64,000 nt of DNA from an uncultured virus (IMG/VR IMGVR_UViG_3300002839_000259) (lineage: Duplodnaviria > Heunggongvirae > Uroviricota > Caudoviricetes), in the IMG/VR virus record IMGVR_UViG_3300002839_000259; one strand, written 5' to 3'. A program made the position numbers and the translations under genes. The notes under the pieces are model-generated. The model ran no database searches and was not told the origin of the DNA. It was given only the letters and a program-made list of their open reading frames with translations. This document shows, piece after piece, positions 49,231 through 58,784 of this stretch (positions are counted from its first letter, which is position 1; each line of letters starts with the position of its first letter).

Positions 49231-49458
49231 ATGACAAGTAAAATTGATCAAAATGCCACGACCACCCGCTTGCAAAAATTCGGAAGAATGACCCGAGACG
49301 CCCTGTTTTTCGTACTGTTGTGCTGGATAATTGGAATCAACTTTGGTAATGGCGTGGCAAACCTATTGGCACAAAATTTTATGTGGGCCGGGTGCAGTCT
49401 CGCGGGTACATTTGGACTACTTGTAGGTATGGCCAGATTCATCTGGTATTTAAAATAA
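49231..49458 (+). CDS. Small membrane protein
   Basis: AGAAGG RBS, two hydrophobic segments. Confidence 0.6.
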   Translation: MTSKIDQNATTTRLQKFGRMTRDALFFVLLCWIIGINFGNGVANLLAQNFMWAGCSLAGTFGLLVGMARFIWYLK

Positions 49459-49478
49459 ATTGAAAGTGATGTAAAATT

Positions 49479-50027
49479 ATGCGAATATATGATTTAAAAG
49501 ATGGTATCAAATTTGAAGAAAACGGCGATGAAATTATCTGTTTTGCCGAATTAGACTGCCTGTTGCACGTCGGTGAAAACATCAAACTTAATAACAAGTT
49601 ATACCACGTGCATCACGTCGAACGCACTCGAAACTATGCAGGTGTACATGAACTCGAATTAAATACCACACCAAATCGAAGTGTTGAAGGTGATGAACTG
49701 CGCTGTCCCTACTGTAACCATAACCCCTGGCAAAATGAAATGGATTATGATACCGTAGAAGACCACGAATGTGATCACTGCGGCGGTATTTATAATTGGG
49801 ACGCAATTATTATTCGCAAATACACCACGGAAACTGTAAAGTCTCCAGTGATACGGCCAAAAGAAAGCCTTTGTGATAACGACGACCACAAAATAGAACA
49901 GTTATCTAACGAAGAACGACAGAAACGATACGATGATCTGGATAAAGAAATCGAATCCTGGCCCCGCTGGAAAAAAGATGCATACAACGATTTAAACGAA
50001 CGCTCAAATCATTCAAAAAAATATTAA
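49479..50027 (+). CDS. Zinc-ribbon hypothetical protein
   Basis: CPYC...CDHC. Confidence 0.7.
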   Translation: MRIYDLKDGIKFEENGDEIICFAELDCLLHVGENIKLNNKLYHVHHVERTRNYAGVHELELNTTPNRSVEGDELRCPYCNHNPWQNEMDYDTVEDHECDHCGGIYNWDAIIIRKYTTETVKSPVIRPKESLCDNDDHKIEQLSNEERQKRYDDLDKEIESWPRWKKDAYNDLNERSNHSKKY

Positions 50028-50048
50028 TTAAAAAACGAGGTGCCAATC

Positions 50049-50573
50049 ATGTCAAAAATATGTCCTCAATGTGGTATCACAATCAAAAACGGCAAACTGT
50101 GCTGCTCCTGCCAGCGATATTTCAAAGCAGGCGGTCAGATCTATGATCTTCCTATGCATGGCACCGTGCAGTATACCGATGACGATAAGGTTGTCTGCCA
50201 CATCTGCGGGATGGCCTTTGCAAAATTAGCAGAGCATGTCAGACTCAAACATAAACTCAGTGACCGTGAATATCGGGAAGAATTTGGCCTGGAATATCAT
50301 ACTCGACTAGTTTCGAACGCATATCATCAGAAAATGCAAGAGCATGCCCTTAAAAATAAAACATATCCAGAGAATTTTAAAGATACATGGTCTGGTGAGA
50401 AACGATGTCCTGCATCGCGTCTCGGCCAAAAACAATCACAACAAGAGATCGAATCCAGGCGAGAAGAACAGCGCATCAAAGGTCGTTTGTCAAAAACCAA
50501 AATGACCGATCAGCGGAAAACTGAAATGGGCAAAATCTGGAAAAAAAGTCTACCGCAAAATAAGAAAAAATAA
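50049..50573 (+). CDS. MucR/Ros-like zinc-finger protein
   Basis: VCHICG..F..L..HVR..H.LS..EYREEFGL. Confidence 0.65.
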   Translation: MSKICPQCGITIKNGKLCCSCQRYFKAGGQIYDLPMHGTVQYTDDDKVVCHICGMAFAKLAEHVRLKHKLSDREYREEFGLEYHTRLVSNAYHQKMQEHALKNKTYPENFKDTWSGEKRCPASRLGQKQSQQEIESRREEQRIKGRLSKTKMTDQRKTEMGKIWKKSLPQNKKK

Positions 50574-50629
50574 ATTAAAAAACACATAAAAATTATCCTG
50601 AAAAATAAAAAAGAGAGCGAGAAATTAAA

Positions 50630-51124
50630 GTGAAATACGCATCATTTGTAAAAAGAGCAGGGGCATACATGATTGATTTCGCCATCGTCTCAGTCCCACT
50701 ATATGTCATTGTCTCATTATTAATGCGATTGTTTTTCGGCAACCTCACGGCAGGGCCGGTTTACCCGTTTGTGTTATTGGGGCTGGTCTATTTTCCCTAT
50801 GGAATTATTGCGTATCTGGTGCAATATCCTGCTGCAAGTGACATATTAATGGTGGCCCTTTCAGCAGGTATGCTATTAATTTTAGAGACATCGGCCTATA
50901 CCGTCATGGAAACACTGAACGACGGCCGCACGATTGGTAAGAAACTTCTCGGCATTACTGTTGTCAGCGATGAGTACACGGAGTACACGCTGATTGCCAA
51001 GATATTCCGAAATACGCTAAAAATACTGAGTCGGTGTATATTATTTATACCCATGGCACCGATGCTGCTTACAGAGAAAAAACAAACAGCATATGACTTG
51101 TTTATTGGGACGGTGGTAGTTTAA
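50630..51124 (+). CDS. RDD family membrane protein
   Basis: YASFVKRAGAYMID...GRTIGKKLLGITVV...R...KQ..YD...GTVV. Confidence 0.85.
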   Translation: MKYASFVKRAGAYMIDFAIVSVPLYVIVSLLMRLFFGNLTAGPVYPFVLLGLVYFPYGIIAYLVQYPAASDILMVALSAGMLLILETSAYTVMETLNDGRTIGKKLLGITVVSDEYTEYTLIAKIFRNTLKILSRCILFIPMAPMLLTEKKQTAYDLFIGTVVV

Positions 51125-51151
51125 AAATAAGATATCCAAAGGAGGATTGTT

Positions 51152-51592
51152 ATGAATATTATTATGAAATTTGTAAAAATTATTGATCACACGGGACGTG
51201 AGCTCGAGGGTGAATGGAATAGAAAAATTTATATGTCAAATAAAGGTGCCGACCTGCATCGCGTTTACATCGATGGTGAGGAATTGCACATAAGCGAAGA
51301 TCAACTCCAGAGCATCTCAAACAGCCCGGAAGAAGCGAAAGATAATTTGCGTAAAAGAATATCTGAAGATACAAAAAGCCAGATACAGAGCAAACTAGAG
51401 AAGCTGACGCCAAAAGATAAATTTGAATTATCCCGAGAAATTATCAAAGACATGCAAGAAAATGGACCACAATCAGAAATACCTTTTCCTAAACGCAAAT
51501 GCTATATGGAATATTGCACAATCATGAATCAAAGTCGATACCATCCGCATTATGAAATAAAAAAAGATGAAAACACAGAAATCGATAGCTGA
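51152..51592 (+). CDS. Hypothetical protein
   Basis: AAAGGAGG RBS. Confidence 0.65.
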   Translation: MNIIMKFVKIIDHTGRELEGEWNRKIYMSNKGADLHRVYIDGEELHISEDQLQSISNSPEEAKDNLRKRISEDTKSQIQSKLEKLTPKDKFELSREIIKDMQENGPQSEIPFPKRKCYMEYCTIMNQSRYHPHYEIKKDENTEIDS

Positions 51593-51637
51593 TATGGGCG
51601 TATTTGAGTAAAAATAGAAAGTGAGGTGTAAAAGGCC

Positions 51638-52507
51638 ATGCAAATTGCAGTAAAGAGCTACTTCAGTGGCGCAGGGGGCATGGACGCAGGGCTTTTGCAG
51701 GCATCTGATAAGATTCATATTCTCGAGTCCTATGAAATTGACAAAAATTGTTGCGAAACGTTACGCAAAAATTTTAGTCATAAAATTAACGAAACCGATA
51801 TCACGAAAATAATGGTGTTAGACCAACAGGACGCCGACGTCTACGTGGGAACATTTCCATGTACGAAATACTCAACGGCAGCGGATCTCCGCGGAACCAG
51901 AACGGGGGATGATCTGTTTCTGCATTTTTTCAGACATGTTGTCTTGGCCAGACCTGAAGTCTATGTCGTCGAAAATGTCGTTGGTATGAGAAAATTCAGG
52001 GTCGTCATGGAAGCACTCACCCGCATTCCCGATTATTATGTCAGGGTCGAATGCCCTGTTGATGCCAATCTGTGGTTACCTCAGAATCGCAAGCGACTAA
52101 TCATCATCGGCAGCAAAAAACCGTTTGATATCACCTATCCGACCATGGGAAACGCCATTAAATTAAAAGACATCATCGAAAAAGACGCCGAGATGGAAAT
52201 TCCCGATTATGTATTACGACGAATGGCTGGCGGATACCGGGATCGACCCATTGTCAGTGATCCGACCAAAAATGATTTGGCCCCCACGTGCATCGCGCAT
52301 TATTCAAAAGATATGGGTACCAGGCTAATCAGAGATGGACTGCGAGACAGACCGTATACCGTCAGGGAATGGGCCCGACTGCAAGGTTTTGCAGATTCTT
52401 TTATTTTTGCCGGAAGTCGAAGTTCAAAGTATAAGCAAATTGGCAACGCCGTTGCTGTCCCGATGGGCTGCTGGGTGGGTGAACAGCTGAATAATTATTT
52501 TAACTAA
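51638..52507 (+). CDS. Orphan C5-cytosine DNA methyltransferase
   Basis: FSGAGG, FPC, ENV, Q.R.R, REWARLQGF, YKQIGNAV; no adjacent restriction gene. Confidence 0.93.
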   Translation: MQIAVKSYFSGAGGMDAGLLQASDKIHILESYEIDKNCCETLRKNFSHKINETDITKIMVLDQQDADVYVGTFPCTKYSTAADLRGTRTGDDLFLHFFRHVVLARPEVYVVENVVGMRKFRVVMEALTRIPDYYVRVECPVDANLWLPQNRKRLIIIGSKKPFDITYPTMGNAIKLKDIIEKDAEMEIPDYVLRRMAGGYRDRPIVSDPTKNDLAPTCIAHYSKDMGTRLIRDGLRDRPYTVREWARLQGFADSFIFAGSRSSKYKQIGNAVAVPMGCWVGEQLNNYFN

Positions 52508-52586
52508 GATTAAAAGAACGTGAAATTATTATGCGAAAAACGTTGTTGTAACTCGGTGTGATAAGAATAGAAAGAGAGATTTAAAA

Positions 52587-53063
52587 ATGGAATGCTGTTT
52601 AAAAAAAACGACGGACGACAAAACCTTAATCGGAGAGAAAAAATACTGTCATCATCAGAAAACGTGCTGCGACAAATGCCGATATAAGACCTGCCGTGAA
52701 AAATGCAGTCTGTTTCGCGAAGCAAAATCATGTGCGGATTGCAAATTTGCCGTTAAATCAAAGATTAAAGTCACAAAAGACTATCCGTTTAATCTAGCCG
52801 AACAGATTTTTGAAAATGATACAGACGCGTTAACGATTGATATACAAAACATCCTGATACTTCTTGACAACCTGACCAAACGTGAGCAAACCATCATTAA
52901 ACTTCGCTATATTGAGAAAAAAACCTATCGCGAAATAGGCAACATGCTTGATCTCAGCATCACATGTGTTCAATACAATCACACAAAAGCTCTACGAAAA
53001 CTCAAAAACCCGGCGCGGGCAAAATCAATCAGTAATTATCTTGGCGAATACACCATCAAATAA
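52587..53063 (+). CDS. Cys-rich N-terminus plus sigma-70 region 4 HTH protein
   Basis: LTKREQTIIKLRY...TYREIG.ML.LS...V.....KALRKLK. Confidence 0.8.
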   Translation: MECCLKKTTDDKTLIGEKKYCHHQKTCCDKCRYKTCREKCSLFREAKSCADCKFAVKSKIKVTKDYPFNLAEQIFENDTDALTIDIQNILILLDNLTKREQTIIKLRYIEKKTYREIGNMLDLSITCVQYNHTKALRKLKNPARAKSISNYLGEYTIK

Positions 53064-53081
53064 GAAAGTGAGAAACTATAA

Positions 53082-53735
53082 ATGATTAAAAATTGTAGCA
53101 ATTGCGGGCGAGGCATTGCCTTTGCCTGTCCTCAAAAATACGAATATGTGTGCGACAAGCACCTGTTTCCGCAGGGATATGGCACAAAACCGCTGATTTT
53201 ACTGGCCAACAGCGGTCACACCAATGACGCCTTGCTAAGTCATGTGATCCCCCTGGAATTGTCATTACCGTATCAACCCGACGCATCAACTACGGCCCTA
53301 ATTGCCGATATCAAACGCGACGCGATGCTAAAAAGTGATGCCATCTGGATATTTGGTGAGCTGCCGAATAATCTCTTATACGATATTGAAACGGCACAGC
53401 AAAGCGGTGTGCCAGTGTATCGTATTCATGAACAACGCGAATTTCCGCAAAATGCAATCATCTTTGAACTATTACAAATAGCAAATCAAATAGGCGTCGA
53501 CGATGATATCATCAAGATTAAATACAGTCCGAATTATCAGCATATCTCATTTTACACTGATTATGACGATGAATTGGATGAACCTAACGACATCGTCTAC
53601 GATTTATCTGATGTACCAGAAACAGAACGCGACTATTTGATGCATCGAATCAGCAAGCTGCCATTCGGACTATATACCAATGCCGATAGCGCTAAGAACA
53701 TAACAAAATTAAAAGAAAGCCTGTGTACACGATGA
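53082..53735 (+). CDS. Degenerate paralog of the 48172 protein
   Basis: IKNCSNC...YVCD.H and SDAIWIFG...DIE.A...GVPVY. Confidence 0.7.
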   Translation: MIKNCSNCGRGIAFACPQKYEYVCDKHLFPQGYGTKPLILLANSGHTNDALLSHVIPLELSLPYQPDASTTALIADIKRDAMLKSDAIWIFGELPNNLLYDIETAQQSGVPVYRIHEQREFPQNAIIFELLQIANQIGVDDDIIKIKYSPNYQHISFYTDYDDELDEPNDIVYDLSDVPETERDYLMHRISKLPFGLYTNADSAKNITKLKESLCTR

Positions 53736-54814
53736 GAGAACACAAAGAAAAATTGCAAAAATCAATTAAAAACGGCGATTTTAAGAATGACACCGTGGTC
53801 AAACACATAGTCATATCCGATGGAATCACAACCATATATAACAACGCCTTTGACAGCTACTATGCATTAGAAAAAATCACGTTACCCAAATCACTCACAA
53901 CAATTGGCAAACAAGCCTTTTGCAACTGCACCAAATTAGAATCGATTGTTATTAAAAACGGTGTCACCCATATCGGTGAAAAAGCCTTTCAAGGTTGTGT
54001 GAGCCTTAAATCAATTGATTTGTCAAAAACCACGATCACTGAATTACCGCGTGACGTCTTTGCCGACTGCTACACCCTGGAACGCGTATTCCTACCAAAA
54101 AGTTTAATAAAAATTGGCTATGGTGCTTTTGCCCGATGTCAAAATTTAATAGCAATCGAACTGCCAAAGGCGTTGACAGGAATAGGTCACCATGCATTTA
54201 GTGAATGCGGGATACTCAGAGCCGTTTTAATACCTGAAAGCGTCACCACAATCGGTGACGGAGCCTTCGCTGACTGCGAACAACTACGTCTAATCGACAT
54301 AAAAGGTCCAATCACGGAAATATCGACGCATTTATTTAAAAATTGTCTGCGACTGCGTGACATTGTTTTACCAAAGACGATCACGAAAATTGACATTGGT
54401 GCCTTTCGCAATTGTAAGAGTCTTAAAAAACTCGAATTACACGAACAGGTTAAAACACTTGAAAAAGAATCCTTCTGGGGTTGTTTTCAATTAAAGCATA
54501 TGATTTTACCGATAAGTGTGACACAAATTGGATACCAGACCTTTGCCAACTGTATGGCGCTTGACGAAATTAATTTGGGACGTGTCGAACAAATCGACGC
54601 CGAAGCTTTTTTGAATTGTATCAGCCTGCATTATTTACAATTACCGCACACGATCAAGACGATTGAATTACGAGCCTTTTTTGGCTGTATTAACCTTGAG
54701 AATATCATAGGTCTTTATCCGCCAGGAACGGACAAAGACCATATTAATGTTAAGCGATTGCTTGAACAATTAGAAGATGCTTTTGAAGACATCGACGATG
54801 TAACTGTGTGCTGA
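53723..54814 (+). CDS. BspA-type leucine-rich repeat protein (LRR_5), no signal peptide
   Basis: About 13 I...AF..C..L..I.LP units. Confidence 0.9.
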   Translation: MYTMREHKEKLQKSIKNGDFKNDTVVKHIVISDGITTIYNNAFDSYYALEKITLPKSLTTIGKQAFCNCTKLESIVIKNGVTHIGEKAFQGCVSLKSIDLSKTTITELPRDVFADCYTLERVFLPKSLIKIGYGAFARCQNLIAIELPKALTGIGHHAFSECGILRAVLIPESVTTIGDGAFADCEQLRLIDIKGPITEISTHLFKNCLRLRDIVLPKTITKIDIGAFRNCKSLKKLELHEQVKTLEKESFWGCFQLKHMILPISVTQIGYQTFANCMALDEINLGRVEQIDAEAFLNCISLHYLQLPHTIKTIELRAFFGCINLENIIGLYPPGTDKDHINVKRLLEQLEDAFEDIDDVTVC

Positions 54815-54850
54815 TCAGTCATCAAAAAATAACAGAAAGCGAGTTTCAAA

Positions 54851-55039
54851 ATGGAAAAATATATTATATATTTGATTTTGATGGTTGTTGTTTTTATTGC
54901 GACATCATTGCTGTTAAAAATGACAGAAAAAGACACATCGTATAATTATAGAGAAGGTTATCTCAAACTAATAAGAAAGGTGTCAATCATCGGGTTTGTG
55001 ATCATTGCCACATCATACGCCTATGTCATATTCAAATAA
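54851..55039 (+). CDS. Small two-TM protein
   Basis: AGAAAGCGAG RBS, hydrophobic. Confidence 0.6.
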   Translation: MEKYIIYLILMVVVFIATSLLLKMTEKDTSYNYREGYLKLIRKVSIIGFVIIATSYAYVIFK

Positions 55040-55140
55040 ATTGAAAAGTGCGTGCAAAAAATGGAAATATATTTTTATGTTCTAGTTCTGTTAAAATAAT
55101 AAAAAAATGCGATCATAAGCAAAAAGAAAGGTGAAAAATC

Positions 55141-55377
55141 ATGCCAAAAAATCCGATCATCAAACCCACCACGTTCTGCGAAATCTGCCGCGATGAAGTT
55201 GCTTATACCAAAAGCAACATCATGTTAAAACAAAATCTAAAAGGTATTATATGTGAATATCCCGGAAAAAAAGCCATTTGCAATCAATGCCAGGCTGAAG
55301 TTTGGATTCCGGCCATTCACGACAGCAATCTTGAATCGCTAATCAATGTCTATCAAAACAGACACACCAACGACTAG
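55141..55377 (+). CDS. MqsA/YgiT-type zinc-finger domain protein (no HTH, no toxin)
   Basis: FCEIC...LKG...EY.G..AIC.QC..EVW...IHD.NL..L...Y. Confidence 0.6.
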   Translation: MPKNPIIKPTTFCEICRDEVAYTKSNIMLKQNLKGIICEYPGKKAICNQCQAEVWIPAIHDSNLESLINVYQNRHTND

Positions 55378-55503
55378 CGAAACCGATGTAAAAAGCAATA
55401 ACGTTCCATATTGAGCCAAACGCTGACATGCAAGAATTGCTTAAATCAAATGCTGTACGAAAAATAAAGACATGGATGTAACTGAATAGCTTTGCCAGAA
55501 ATA

Positions 55504-55637
55504 TTGACATAGCGTGGACAAGCCTGTATAATAACAACATAAAGGCGCGACCGATAAGCGGTCAGACCTGAAAACCAGTGGTTTCTATAGTGAAAAACGC
55601 TAACCTCACACGCAACATCGGGGTTGGCGTTTTTTAT
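55504..55637 (+). ncRNA. Sigma-A-driven small RNA (promoter plus ~95 nt plus terminator)
   Basis: TTGACA-17-TATAAT at 55504-55532; GACCG-ATAAG-CGGTC hairpin; terminator AACGCTAACCTC...GGGGTTGGCGTTTTTT. Confidence 0.6.
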
Positions 55638-55682
55638 TTGCATTATTTTGTCAATTGATGATAAAATTAAAATAAAAATTGG

Positions 55683-55988
55683 GTGGCAATTAATTGCCAA
55701 CGCCCGGAAAAGAGATTAACCGTGGATCAGACCATAACATTAACAGCAACAACAGAAAGTCAAAAAAATGCACTACGAATAGCTGAACGGGACAACGAAA
55801 AGATAGCCTACGTGATCAAAGAAGCTCTGAGCAACTGGTATGCCTACAATAAGGATCGGTTAAACATTAATGATGCAAAAAACATGGATGTCATGCAATT
55901 AACCCTTCGGGTTGATGAGGAAACCTGGAATCTTTATAAGCTGTACATATCCGACACCATTGACCGATTACTTAATGATCTCAATTGA
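55683..55988 (+). CDS. Possible RHH-like DNA-binding protein (start uncertain)
   Basis: Two strand-helix-helix-like segments (TITLT..., QLTLRVDEETW...). Confidence 0.45.
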   Translation: MAINCQRPEKRLTVDQTITLTATTESQKNALRIAERDNEKIAYVIKEALSNWYAYNKDRLNINDAKNMDVMQLTLRVDEETWNLYKLYISDTIDRLLNDLN

Positions 55989-56087
55989 CACTTCTGTTTT
56001 TTGTGGAATTGATATAAATAAACTTTTGCCTTGCTTCAAAAAATGTGTATAATAGTGAATAAATTAGAACGGAAAGGTTGAATTAAA

Positions 56088-57044
56088 ATGATAGAAGATA
56101 ACACGATCGCCTCCTGGGAGAAAAAAATTACAAATGATTACGCACTTTTGGAACCTCGTCGCCGTGAAATAAACATGAAAATCAGTAGCGCCGTCATTGG
56201 TCTTAGTGCCGGAAGTGCTTTGGTTCAACTCTTTTCACGCAATGCAACAATCCACAAATTTTCACTTTTGATAGCCTGTGGATTGTTCATCATTGCCGTC
56301 ATTAATCTTTGCATTATCTATTCACGAAAAAAAAATATACATTTACAAATGTTTTACGACGACATGGTAAAAGAAGCAAAATTCTCAGATATTAATGCCA
56401 TCATAGACAGCTATTTTCCATTTATGATCAATTGCGCTACAACAATGAAACGCGAGGACACACTACTTTGGTCAAACATGATTTGTTCGTATTTTCAAGA
56501 AAAGAAGATCACACTGAGTCACAATGACTTTTGTAATATTCTTGGGATAATCATCTGTGATCCAATCGTTAATGACGCATTAAAAGAGCTCTATCCAAAT
56601 CCGATATATCCAATCAACATTAATTATGGGCGTGATGGAAATGCTCTGAGAAAATTGCGAAGTAATTATCCGGACAATACCAACATCATTCGTTGGCCAC
56701 AGTTCTACGGGTGGTCATCAGCAAAGTACGCGTGCACAACGATCACCAAGTTACGTAGCCAAGCTGTATATGACAGACTCGATGGAATGAGTGTACCCGA
56801 GCGTGTTTCAAATCCTAATTATGTATTGGATTCACAATTTCTTTTACCGTCCCTAAAAAGAATGCGACGTCTTTCAAAAGAAGAAGTTGTCTATTATTCG
56901 GCAACAGTAAGAGTTCGTGAGATCATAAGTGATTATATTAGTCAAATAAAAACCCCACAACCATGCATATATCCTGTGACTGGCACAAATCGATATGCAA
57001 GCCTTGCAAGTAATGACGCGTTGTTAAAATGTGCAAATAACTAA
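56088..57044 (+). CDS. Two-TM hypothetical protein
   Basis: 318 aa; upstream TGTGTATAAT and GAAAGG RBS. Confidence 0.7.
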   Translation: MIEDNTIASWEKKITNDYALLEPRRREINMKISSAVIGLSAGSALVQLFSRNATIHKFSLLIACGLFIIAVINLCIIYSRKKNIHLQMFYDDMVKEAKFSDINAIIDSYFPFMINCATTMKREDTLLWSNMICSYFQEKKITLSHNDFCNILGIIICDPIVNDALKELYPNPIYPININYGRDGNALRKLRSNYPDNTNIIRWPQFYGWSSAKYACTTITKLRSQAVYDRLDGMSVPERVSNPNYVLDSQFLLPSLKRMRRLSKEEVVYYSATVRVREIISDYISQIKTPQPCIYPVTGTNRYASLASNDALLKCANN

Positions 57045-57158
57045 TATGGTTGTTGATGGGGATATGACGTGAGTGAATAAAATAAAAAGAGTTCATGGCC
57101 TAATCGGCGGTGTGCTCTTTTTTTTTATATGCGAAAAAATTAGTAAATAAGCAAATGC

Positions 57159-57179
57159 GCAATCTCCGATTGCCGGTAA
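57159..57179 (+). promoter_or_regulatory. Hairpin-CG motif (GCAATC family)
   Basis: GCAATC-TCC-GATTGC-CGGTAA after a terminator. Confidence 0.8.
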
Positions 57180-57362
57180 AACAATTGAAAAATAAGTTCT
57201 AAAAATAATAAAACAAAATATAAGAAAGTTGGGAAAAATTATAGCAAATTCTGAAGCACAATACCCCAAAAATATGACCGAAACCGAAATTGAAGCAGCT
57301 TTGGTTGAATTATTGCGCAGATATGAAAGAGCTGTTCTCCGACAGGTATAGCGGTAAAATGA

Positions 57363-57383
57363 GCAATCACGGATTGCCGAAAG
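57363..57383 (+). promoter_or_regulatory. Hairpin-CG motif (GCAATC family)
   Basis: GCAATC-ACG-GATTGC-CGAAAG. Confidence 0.75.
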
Positions 57384-57557
57384 TGTCTTAAAAGTAGTAA
57401 CAAAAAAGATCATGCGTTTTGTTAGGGTGTGTTCATCCCCTGTGGCGCTGTAACCAAAATGTGATTGAGACGGAACGTTATTATAATGGTCCGTCTTTTT
57501 CCGTAAATTAAATCAAAATTAAATCAAAAATAAATAAAAATATGAGGAGCATCAAAA

Positions 57558-57749
57558 ATGACTATTATGAAGATTGTAACAAGTGATCGACAAGAACCTT
57601 TCATGCGCTCACAAGATATGCCTAGAAGCACCATGCTTGATCTGGCAAAAGTTGATCAGGCGGCCATTCGCAAAGATTTGAGCTACGGTCAGTATTCAGC
57701 CCTCAAACAAGCTGGTTGGCTTGATTGTAAAACCAATTACAAACGATAA
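57558..57749 (+). CDS. Hypothetical protein
   Basis: GAGGAG RBS, 63 aa. Confidence 0.6.
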   Translation: MTIMKIVTSDRQEPFMRSQDMPRSTMLDLAKVDQAAIRKDLSYGQYSALKQAGWLDCKTNYKR

Positions 57750-57752
57750 GTA

Positions 57753-57815
57753 TTCAAAAATAATAACATTGTCTACTCCTGCAAGTATCACGTGGTCTAG
57801 TGTCCGAAATATCGA
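57753..57815 (+). pseudogene. tnpA: IS200/IS605 Y1 transposase N-terminal remnant
   Basis: FKNNNIVYSCKYHVV*CPKYR (TGG>TAG in the YHxVWCPKYR motif). Confidence 0.85.
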
Positions 57816-58123
57816 TTAAAAAAGAACACTTTCATATCAGTGTTTCGCAATTATAGTACACCAATTGGTGTACTATTTTTTTACAATGACATGTTAAATC
57901 ACCAGTGTCATGTGCCGCATGCAAGAGCTGTGAAAAAGCCAAATGGATACAAAAAAATGATTCAAAATAACACACAAATAATAACGATTTCCCTTGTTTA
58001 TGAACGATTTCTGTTATATAATAACAGTGAAAGTTGTTATCAGAGTTGCTGTGCTGGCAATCTAATTATGGTTAAAATGCGGGCATATCTGAAATAGGTG
58101 TGTCCGCATTTTTTTCCATCAAT

Positions 58124-58144
58124 GCAATCTTCGATTGCCGATGG
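58124..58144 (+). promoter_or_regulatory. Hairpin-CG motif (GCAATC family)
   Basis: GCAATC-TTC-GATTGC-CGATGG, ~8 nt after terminator 58074-58115. Confidence 0.8.
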
Positions 58145-58209
58145 TCCACTGGTTAATTAAAACCTAAAACAAAAAAAATTAATAAATTAAAATAAAGAAG
58201 GTGAGAAAA

Positions 58210-58644
58210 ATGAGCAACAATAAGAGAGCAAAATCTAAAAATGCCGGGGAATGGGTCTACGGAAGTATCGCCAGAACCGAATCAGACGTCTATATCATTG
58301 AATCAGCCAAAACAGTTGACGGCAAACTTGTTATCAACGACGCAACGCTGGTCGATATAGGTACCGTTTGCGATTTCATAACACTGGTAGACACCGATAC
58401 GACCGTATTCACAGAGTTGTACCAATATGATGTTGTCAAAACAACCATAATGGACATGAACCTTGATGCAAATAGAGTCGAAGAAATTGATGTAATCGGC
58501 GTTGTATTGTGGAGCGATGATTTTCTGCAATGGGAAGTTGTTTCGACCAAAGGCGATATTCATCGGCTGAGTCAGTTTATTGAAGAATTCGGCATTGATT
58601 GTATTCTGGGAAGCCAGTTCGACATTGACATTACAACGCTGTAG
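58210..58644 (+). CDS. YopX-like phage protein (paralog of 15538-15990)
   Basis: Shares YIIE.A.T.DGKLV..DATLVD.GTVCDFIT and QWEV..T.GDI.RL..FIE.FGID. Confidence 0.7.
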   Translation: MSNNKRAKSKNAGEWVYGSIARTESDVYIIESAKTVDGKLVINDATLVDIGTVCDFITLVDTDTTVFTELYQYDVVKTTIMDMNLDANRVEEIDVIGVVLWSDDFLQWEVVSTKGDIHRLSQFIEEFGIDCILGSQFDIDITTL

Positions 58645-58784
58645 TATCAATGGATCTTTATTAAAAAATAAGAAAGTGGTGGAAAAAATGACCGTAGAAT
58701 ATGCTATTGGATTAATCGTGATAGGCATAATGAGCGCAGCAACCTTCGTTGTTGTCAAGCTCATCAAATGGCTGAATTTACAAG

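Noticed and set aside
55684..55699. TGGCAATTAATTGCCA as another hairpin-CG motif
   Set aside because: No loop and no CG tail; may be an operator or a degenerate copy, so not counted.
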